Of a stretch of 64,000 nt of DNA, positions 55,062 through 64,000 are shown piece by piece; positions within the stretch are counted from its first letter, which is position 1, and each line of letters starts with the position of its first letter. The notes below the pieces were generated by a model. It saw only the letters and a program-made list of their open reading frames with translations. It had not been told where the DNA came from and made no database searches. Source of the stretch: Eledone cirrhosa (taxonomy: Eukaryota); NCBI GenBank assembly GCA_964016885.1, contig OZ024741.1, forward strand, positions 344,348,001-344,412,000. Direction: 5' to 3'. A program made the translations under genes and the position numbers.

Positions 55062-55983
55062 CATGCTACTGTACGTCTGTATACATATATGTATGTACGT
55101 ATACATGCATACTTACATTTAAGTAAGTGCCATACTAAGAGTGAGAAATGAAATTTCGTTTTCATTTTGTTTCAATTTATCGTTTTCGGTATGCCTGACC
55201 GATTTAACTCACTCAATATGCAAATTAGGCTGCTCAGCCGTTAATTTTCATAAGGAAAGTATATACTTTCGAACGTTCAACTATCTGGCAGATGGGTAAA
55301 CGGTGCTGATGATAGCTAACAAGCTTGAAACTAGTACATCGTTCCTGTGTCAGTGTTGAACAAAAAGGTGACGTGGTTGCCTTAACACCGTATGGCATAA
55401 ATTCAGGCTGTTCAGTTTGTTTACAAACGAACAAAGCGACGTTATAATAAGCGCCGCTAAACTGATACGTGCATATATGTATGTGTACCTGTATGCATAT
55501 GTATATATATATGTATATATATATATATATATATGTGCATGCTACTGTACGTCTGTATACATATATGTATGTACGTATACATGCATACTTACATTTAAGT
55601 AAGTGCCATACTAAGAGTGAGAAATGAAATTTCGTTTTCATTTTGTTTCAATTTATCGTTTTCGGTATGCCTGACCGATTTAACTCACTCAATATGCAAA
55701 TTAGGCTGCTCAGCCGTTAATTTTCATAAGGAAAGTATATACTTTCGAACGTTCAACTATCTGGCAGATGGGTAAACGGTGCTGATGATAGCTAACAAGC
55801 TTGAAACTAGTACATCGTTCCTGTGTCAGTGTTGAACAAAAAGGTGACGTGGTTGCCTTAACACCGTATGGCATAAATTCAGGCTGTTCAGTTTGTTTAC
55901 AAACGAACAAAGCGACGTTATAATAAGCGCCGCTAAACTGATACGTGCATATATGTATGTGTACCTGTATGCATATGTATATA

Positions 55984-56016
<33 letters not shown>

Positions 56017-56612
56017 GTGCATGCTACTGTACGTCTGTATACATATATGTATGTACGTATACATGCATACTTACATTTAAGTAAGTGCCATACTAAGAGT
56101 GAGAAATGAAATTTCGTTTTCATTTTGTTTCAATTTATCGTTTTCGGTATGCCTGACCGATTTAACTCACTCAATATGCAAATTAGGCTGCTCAGCCGTT
56201 AATTTTCATAAGGAAAGTATATACTTTCGAACGTTCAACTATCTGGCAGATGGGTAAACGGTGCTGATGATAGCTAACAAGCTTGAAACTAGTACATCGT
56301 TCCTGTGTCAGTGTTGAACAAAAAGGTGACGTGGTTGCCTTAACACCGTATGGCATAAATTCAGGCTGTTCAGTTTGTTTACAAACGAACAAAGCGACGT
56401 TATAATAAGCGCCGCTAAACTGATACGTGCATATATGTATGTGTACCTGTATGCATATGTATATATATATGTATATATATATATATATATATGTGCATGC
56501 TACTGTACGTCTGTATACATATATGTATGTACGTATACATGCATACTTACATTTAAGTAAGTGCCATACTAAGAGTGAGAAATGAAATTTCGTTTTCATT
56601 TTGTTTCAATTT
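49111..56612. repeat. Tandem array of ~478-bp hammerhead-containing units (candidate non-LTR retrozyme): 3 units minus, 13 units plus
   Basis: Plus-strand CTGATGA cores start at 50506, 50984, 51462, 51942, 52420, 52900, 53378, 53872, 54348, 54826, 55306, 55782 and 56264 (periods 476-494). Minus-strand motifs at 49369-49413, 49851-49895 and 50329-50373. Confidence 0.95.
50499..50543 (+). ncRNA. Minimal type I hammerhead ribozyme (representative of 16 identical copies)
   Basis: aacggtg-CTGATGA-t-agct(aaca)agct-t-GAAA-ctag-TA-catcgtt: 7-bp stem I, stem II opened by U.U, stem III palindrome ACTAGT, predicted cleavage after GUA (50536). Confidence 0.9.
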
Positions 56613-56624
56613 ACATATATATAC

Positions 56625-56663
<39 letters not shown>

Positions 56664-57146
56664 CATAAATATATAAACGGGATGAAATGGAATGGACTTC
56701 CATCAGTTTCAAAAATGAGTGATCCAGTTGTTCGGTCAACAAGAACAGCCTGCTTCTGAAATTAAGGCGTAAGTGCCTACGCATTCCACAAACACAAGAA
56801 CAATTACCCTAATTCTCAGTGAGAGTCAACATGACAGTGTGTAATAAAACAGGTCCTTTGAATTTAGTTATAATCCATCCGACGGGCTTCCACACAGTTT
56901 CCCTCTACCCAGTTTCTCTCACAAAACATGGGGCCCCTTGAGTAAATGATACATGCCTAAGATGCCACGCTATAGGATTGAACCATGGAACTAACCATTC
57001 CAAAGCAAACGCCTTAATAATGCGGCCAAGGTGCATTCACGAAATATAGAAACACACACCTAAACATTCAGTCAGCTGCATATAAATGTACGTATGCATG
57101 TGTGTGTGTCTGTGCTTGTGCACTTACATACGTAGACTTGTACATA

Positions 57147-57314
57147 CCGTATTTCCCGGCTCCGAAGACGCTTCGTCCTCGAGGACTCAGCCTAATTTTG
57201 ACAACCAAAAATTTGAAAAAACATAATAAACAACCTTCGGCCTTCAGGACACATGGTAGATTTTTGAGACTTATCTTAGGAAAACGTAAGAGTCTTCGAC
57301 GCCGGGAAATACGG
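57147..57314. mobile_element. MITE of Tc1/mariner-pogo type
   Basis: ~25-bp terminal inverted repeats ccgtatttcccggctccgaagac / gtcttcgacgccgggaaatacgg, flanked by TA on both sides. Confidence 0.8.
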
Positions 57315-57622
57315 TATATACATATATAATTTCTACTTTTGGCACAAGGCCAGTTACCCAGTACATTACTGGTACTTTATTTTATCGACCCCGTATACAC
57401 ATATACATATATAATGAGAAGATATGTAAATAAGAAAAAATAGATTGATAAGAATAAGAAAAAATGATTGTTAGGTGGAATCTAGTTGTCTTATAACAAT
57501 CTGTGTTAAAAACGTTTATGCAAATTTCCAATGACATCACGTTCGCCTTATACATACATATATGAATGTATACATGCATACTTAGCTGCCTACATACATA
57601 CATACATACATACATACATACA

Positions 57623-57651
<29 letters not shown>

Positions 57652-57653
<2 letters not shown>

Positions 57654-58445
57654 GTCATCAGCAGCTGCCCAAAGATGTCATCGCGGTACTATCTACCTAT
57701 GAGGCATGATGTACTGGCCAAAACACTGTACAATGCAGTGCGTAAAAAAGATAACCCGATAATAAACATATTAAAAGCTGCAACAATGTGGAAGACATTC
57801 ATGTACATAATAAGAAAGAGTACTGGTGGAATGTTCCAGTAAAAACCCCCAATAAAATGCAGGCATAACAGACCAGATATTATGATATGGGACAGGGAGA
57901 AGAAAGCATGCACAGTAGTGGAAATTAGCTGCCCAGCAGATGCCAATATAATATCAAAGATTAGTGAAAAGGAGAATATTTATGCAGAACTGGTGAGAAA
58001 TCTGCAGATACTCCACCCTGATTACATCTTCAGATTTATGCCTGTGATTATTGGGGCACTGGGGTATGTTAGTAACTGCCTCAATACAAATCTTAAGAAG
58101 CTGGGCTTCACAGGAATAGAAAGAACACAAATAGTTAGGAAATTACAAGTACAATCCATTAATAGAACAGTAAAAATATGTAAAACATTCCAAATATTTT
58201 GCATCTAATAATTGCATATACACATGTACAGATACAAAGCATATACACATGCACACATACAACTCAAAACATACACATCCACACATACAATAACATCCAT
58301 ATCTACACATGCATGCATGCAGACATACATACATAATTACCTAGTTGATGTTGTGTAAATTCCAATGAGAGAGTCTTGTGTCTATGTTAGAAACCGACTC
58401 TCTCTCTCTATTGGTAAAACTTTGTGAAATTATAAACCCAGAAGA
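57652..58445 (+). mobile_element. 3' fragment of an RLE-type (R4/CRE-like) non-LTR retrotransposon in (CATA)n
   Basis: VISSC...RHDVLAK, HNRPDIMIWD...VEISCP, KENIY, PVIIGALG; frameshifted. Confidence 0.8.
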
Positions 58446-58685
58446 ACATACATATATACATACATACGTATGTAGGCAAAATTTATATTACATACGTATA
58501 TACATATATGCATATATATATACATATATATAGATATATAGATAGTATAAAAATTGGTATCACTCACACATACATGTAAACATACGCATTCACATACATA
58601 CCTGTATACATACATAGTACATACGTACGTAGATACGTACATATATACGTATATACATAGATGCATACATAAATACATGTATACC

Positions 58686-59903
58686 TGATGGCTGCAACTT
58701 GATCTCGAGTAATGCCATCATTTGATCTTTAAGCATGAGCATCACGGACCTGGCTTTTTAGTCCTGCTAGGAAGTTGCCTGTGGCTAGCAATACCATGCA
58801 TCGCAAAAAATGCCACATATCAAGCGATGCCTGTGCTTGAAGCTTTTGTTTGTGAGGAAAGGCTTTCCACATACATACATACATACATACATACATACAT
58901 ACATACATACATACATGCATGATGGCTGCAAACTCTGCTAAGAGTACTGCAATCGCTTGTCAGATTATATAGTTTGGTGCACTTGTAGGCTACGGCCAGC
59001 CCCACGAAACTGTCAAATATCCTGAACAAGCAATGCCTGAGCTTTCAAGGTTTTTTAAGTGGGGAAAAGCCTAGCACTCAACCAATCCTACTCTCTGAGC
59101 ATCGAATACACTACCCGAGAAGGAGAACTGGTCAACGTCATCGGATGCTTCCGAAGCCCCAGGTTTTTTTTTCAGAATTTCCCAAACCTAGAAAGGTGTT
59201 GTGACAACAACTGGGGTCCTTTCACTCCCAGGTAAAAATGAAAATAAAAATAAATAAATAAGTAAAAGTACTATTTGGATGGCCGTTGACTCTGTTGAGT
59301 TTCTCCGCCCTTTGCTGGGTCCTGTATTTCATCCTACAGGGTGTCCAAATATCATATACATACATACATGATGTCTGCCCCCTCGTTATCGAGTATGGCC
59401 ATTGCACGATATACCATTATTAATAATTATTAATTAATTCTATCGTGCAATGCCTGTGCGTGAAGATATTTTTTAAAGTGAGGAAAGACTGTGCACTGAG
59501 CCAATCCCACTCTCTGAGCGACAGTAGCTATAACCCGAAAAGAAGAAAAGATCAACATCATCGATAACTACTGAGCTGCAGGTTTTATATCGGAGTTATC
59601 CCAGTTTCCTGAGTTGCATTTTCCTAGAAGAATGTCCTGACAAATGCTAGGGGTCCTTCACTCCCAGTGGTTTAACCACGCGGTACATGTGTATATACAT
59701 ATTTACACACTTTCGGATGGCCGTTGTCTCTTATGAGTTCTTCCGCCCTTTGTCAGGTTTTGTTTTTTGTTCTGCAGGGTGTCCAAAATCACCCTTCTCA
59801 CCAAGTAAACTTGGTGGGGTTCCCGGTTTAGTCGCCGACGACTCGACCATGCGACAGGTTGTACTGGGTTACATGTTACCAGTAATACTCTAGAATGACC
59901 CAA
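58686..59903 (+). mobile_element. Three diverged non-coding elements separated by (CATA)n (58686-58870, 58920-59352, 59369-59903)
   Basis: All start TGATG(G/T)CTGC and share atgcctg..gt(g/a)ggaaa; the second and third align over ~300 bp. A short relative lies at 29351-29400. Confidence 0.6.
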
Positions 59904-60265
59904 CATACATACATACGTATGTACGTAAATATAAATTACACTAGCAGTTTAGCCCGGCGTTGCTCGGGTTTGTTCATTTGCTATGAAAAGTTACATACAG
60001 GCAAACGTGGCTTAAAAGCGAATAAGCTTATCAATTAAGTGCATAAAGCAGTTGAACTGGTTATTAAAAGTTACGAACCAATTAGTATTTTGGACAATCA
60101 ATGATGGGTTAATAATCTTCCAATAGCGAATTTAGTAGACCAAAGTTACAAGATGGTGGCCCTGATGCCGCTGGGTGTCAGATCTGTCCGCCATGGGTGA
60201 CCCTACCAGTTTTCCAGACGGCATAGCTCCAACACCTCCAACACCTCCAACACCTGCACCAACAT

Positions 60266-63200
60266 CTATAGAACCTCTTTGTAGACGATATTGCGTGTCA
60301 TCGCTTGAGGAGTGTAAGCAAAAAGTCCATTCCTGCTCCCTACGCGGGAACAGGCAACATAAAGTTGGCAAAGGGAGAAACATGGCTCCCCTAAATGGAT
60401 GCCCACCACCGACAATGTTTGCTCTTGTGACTTGTTAATGGACATGGCAAAACATGGTCTCACCGGGAATTGGGATCGCCGGAAATCGAACAGGATATCT
60501 GACGCCGAGGGGAAAAGGTTCATCCTTGGAATGAAAACATTCGCCCCTCTCCCGCACCCCGTTACAATGGTGGCCTCAATCAAGTGGGGCGTCAGTGACT
60601 TGACGAACATGCGAGTACCGTTGCACTGCTTTGGTGGACGCAAGTTCCTTATTAGCATAATGGGACAGCCAACCGTAAGCTTAAGAATGTGAGGTGGGAG
60701 CCCTGGGGCTCAAGGGAATTTAATAACTCAACCGGATAATTAACGATATCGTCGGGGTCTGACGTCCGGTCGATAGATTTGAAAATGTGCTCTTTACCGG
60801 GAATCTTCTCAATCAGCTGCTCGTTAATAAAATTAACCATGGTATTTTTCGGAGCAAGGGTGGCTCTTTCGCTGAGCCAATCGAGGTTTTTAAAGTTAGA
60901 TGAGACATTAGGAAAAACTGCTTCCCAAAGGTCAGAAGGGCTGCTCACAATGTTGCACAGGGAGTCGATTGCTATGCCGCCCTTGTCATCTGCAGGGACC
61001 TTGTCTCACCAAGTGCTAAAATGTTCTGAGCAAATGCTGCAAACATGTTGTCACCATGCAAATGAGCACGCATTTTTGTGCTCAGGTACAAACTCTTCAC
61101 CTGGGGCCACAACGTGGACGACTTAAGACAGGCACGCACTTCATCAGCTCTTGTCCCTTTGGGGATGACAGGCAACGTTTGCCGAAAATCCCCTGATAGC
61201 AGAAGGGTTACGCCCCCCATAGGAGCCTTAGAATCCCTAATGTCTTTCCGGGTCTTGTCCAATGCCTCAAGGGCACACTTGTATGCCATTGTGCAGTCAT
61301 CCCAAACAATGAGGCAACATTTTTAGAGAACCAGAGCTTCGTGTGAACTCTTGCTGATATTGCATGTTGGTGTCTCAGTTTTTACTAAATCCAAGGGGAG
61401 TTTAAAGGTTGAATGTGCTGTCCTGCCTTACAGCAGCAAAGTAGCAGCGATCCCGGACGATGCAACGGCCAACGCAATTGTTTTCTCCTGACGAATCTTA
61501 GTGAGAATCAATTTCATTACAAAAGTTTTTTCCGGTACCCCCAGGAGCATCGAGAAAGTAAATACCCCCAGTCTGATTTTGAACCGCGTCAATGATAGTT
61601 AAATAGGCCAAACTTTGGTCCGACAGAAGGCTCATTTTCCTCTAAGTATTGGGAAAGGTATCGGATGTCAAATGCTGTTTCCTGCAACAAATCCGGGGCA
61701 AACGTGTTAACTTCCTCTCTGACGGTTGACGGCAAGCCATACGTCGCCAACTCACTCCTACCCATGTCGAGGATGGCGTGCTCGATTTCAATGAGTGCCC
61801 TGTTGTAGATAATTGTTTCTACCTTTGGCACAAGTCCAGCAATTACCTAGTGCATTACTGGTACTTTATTTTATCGACCCCGTAAGGATGAAAGGCAAAG
61901 TGAACCTCGGCGGGATTTGAACTCAGACCATAAAGGGACGTAACTATGCTGGAAAGCATGGCGTCCGACTCTCCACCGATACTGCCAATCCACCACCCTG
62001 TTGTAGATAATGTCGCGCTAACCATCTTCCACTGAAGTATACTGCATATGAGCCAGGCTCAGGAAGTCCTCAGACATGAAGTCTCTGTACTTGACCCATA
62101 AAGATTTGGGATCACCCAATTCACACTTTTGAAGCAAAATGGCAAAGAGTTCCCGTAGAACTTTAGGTGATTTCAACAAAGCACGCTCTGTTAAAGTGGA
62201 ATCCCATTGCGAATCATCTTCCAAAAGACCACGCTTAAAGCAGGCTTCCCGGTACGTATCACATATTTCTCCATCAGCAGTTTTGAGGTCCTGAAAACTT
62301 TGTGGGCCTACAACTTCATGCAAAAGAAGGCGGAGATGAAAGCACTCATGCTGACTTGGGGGCACAGTGTAAACCCTTCCAAGACAGCTGTCAAATTTTA
62401 CACCTGGATGTCTTTCAACAGCCTGACCTGACTTTCTTCGCACCTAAGTGTTTTTCGACCATATAAAGTACGATGGAACCTGGGGGTACACAATTATTTG
62501 CGCAAATGTATCGAACTGGTAAAGTTTGAAGAAACCCGTCAGAGTGGTCTCTTTCGGATCGGCGGTCAACTTAGCGGCGGTTTGGTCCGTAAAGTAAACC
62601 CTTTGCCCATTTTCCAAATGTACCGCAAGGTGTACGATGGCGGGGTGCCGTTAGTGTAGGGGTAAACCAAATAGGCGCCAAAAAGCTTCATTGCTACTGA
62701 TGTACCGCCCCGCCAGGTATTCTGTGACCTCGTCCCTGCTATTTTCAGCTTGAAATGCGAACATTGTGGCATCAGAGCCCTTATTTACATATTTGCATAT
62801 GTATTATATCGACTTGACGGAGTTGCAAAACTCAACGTTGATGTGGGCCTTGAAGATCTTCAAGAGAAGCGGGCAGTAAGGGACCACCCATCTATTGTCG
62901 ACTTGACCTCCCCTTACTTTTGTGGTGAAGCCACCATTCTCGGGCCGTCTCCGCCTGTACAGGGGATACCGGTCACCACCAGTCTGAGTCTGGTCAACAA
63001 ATATTTGGGGGTATCCCTCACTGCACGACCCCCCTTTCAGACACGTGTGATGCTCATTAGGACCCGACGCACACGGGCCATGTTAGCTTTGACGATGTCA
63101 TGTAATTCCTGGTCAGTTGCTGGGTTAGGGATTTCAGCCAAAATGAAGCTGTCTATGGTATTTGAATTGATTTTATCAGCTAACCAAATCAAAATGTGAG

Positions 63201-63370
63201 CATGTGGCAGCCCTCGTTTTTGCCATTCGACAGTGAACATGTCACATTTTACAGCCCCAATTACCTGACCCTTTTTGATTAAAGCCATGAGTTTAGCCAG
63301 TTTCAGTCTGAACACTGGCAATGAGGTCATGTCTGTTCGAATAATTTTGCCCCGGAAAAAGTTCACTGGT
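60266..63370 (-). pseudogene. Helitron RepHel (HUH Rep + PIF1 helicase), decayed
   Basis: VEWQKRGLPHAHIL (Rep motif 2), YPLYRRR, LRLLL..V.GP.SF.DL, PGGTGK, GDFRQTLPV, QFPVRPCFAMSINKSQ. Confidence 0.92.
61814..61997 (-). mobile_element. Family A SINE inserted in the Helitron with a target-site duplication
   Basis: ccctgttgtagataat at 61798-61813 and 61996-62011. Confidence 0.9.
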
Positions 63371-64000
63371 TACATTCCGATTCATATATCTATAGCATTA
63401 ATCTGTTATATGAAGTGTTATTTTGCGGGTTGTTATTTGCAATAAGCCGGTTGAAAATGCCCCAGATAAGCCGTATGTCAATACGGAACGCTCCACTGCA
63501 GTGTTGTCATATAGGGAGTGAAGAGCAACAGAGAGAGTAAAGCAGTTAAATTATAGAGAGAGGGAATATACGGAACGCTCCATTTGATCATAAACATTGT
63601 TTCTCTCTATGCAGTGTTGTCATATAGGAAGTGAAGAGCGACAGAGAGAGTAAAGCAGTTAAATTATAGAGAGGGGGAATGATCATGATCGATTTTTGCC
63701 CTTTTTGTTGATGGATTTGAAATTTTTTTGCTCCATGACCTTTTCCCGACGAAAAGCAATAATTGTCCCGACTTTGAATAGAATCCGTTGGAAATTGTGG
63801 ACGTGAATCCGTTACAAACCTTAACACACACATCCTCAGATTTATATATATAGATACATATATACATACATGCATATACATACATACATATAGATAGAGA
63901 TATATGCAGCATAGTATGAAAATTATAACTCATACATACATGTAACATACGCATTAACATACGTACATACATACCTGCATACATACATACGTACGTACAT

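Larger units (their letters stand above)
59941..63854 (-). mobile_element. Helitron with both termini, internally deleted
   Basis: Minus strand starts A|TCTATATATATAAA (63854) and ends with the hairpin cccgagcaacgccggg followed by ctaaactgCTAG|T (59941), i.e. insertion into an AT dinucleotide without a TSD. Confidence 0.8.

Noticed and set aside
49547-56599. Repeated 116-141-aa ORFs in the tandem array
   Set aside because: They are antisense to the ribozyme, and the frame changes with TA-tract length from unit to unit.
49111-56612. CRISPR-like or tandem tRNA/5S/snRNA gene array
   Set aside because: No variable spacers, eukaryotic context, and no recognisable tRNA, 5S or snRNA sequence in the unit.

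Overview
Repeat-saturated, AT-rich eukaryotic DNA with no intact host gene. The dense (TA)n/(CA)n/(AAT)n microsatellites and the SINE types suggest a cephalopod, probably an octopus (inference). Contents from left to right: (1) a decayed Helitron N-terminus and an intron-containing SGNH-hydrolase pseudogene in a possible rolling-circle element (1-4.1 kb); (2) many short, often palindromic Penelope-type fragments inserted in (TA)n, several carrying type I hammerhead ribozyme (HHR) motifs; (3) a 5.6-kb (GGT)n-derived micro/minisatellite; (4) a 15-kb nest of retrotransposons separated by (AAT)n tracts: two full-length Tx1-like LINEs with nearly identical ORF2 but divergent ORF1, a SINE, an R4/Dong-like element and a third Tx1 stub; (5) the main finding, a 7.5-kb array of near-identical ~478-bp units (3 on the minus strand, 13 on the plus strand, joined head-to-head), each with a complete minimal hammerhead ribozyme whose stem III is the palindrome ACTAGT, i.e. 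a candidate non-LTR retrozyme/circular-RNA locus with a possible snRNA-type promoter; (6) (CATA)n-associated elements and a complete, internally deleted Helitron containing a SINE with a target-site duplication (TSD). Most ORFs in the supplied track are translations of microsatellites.
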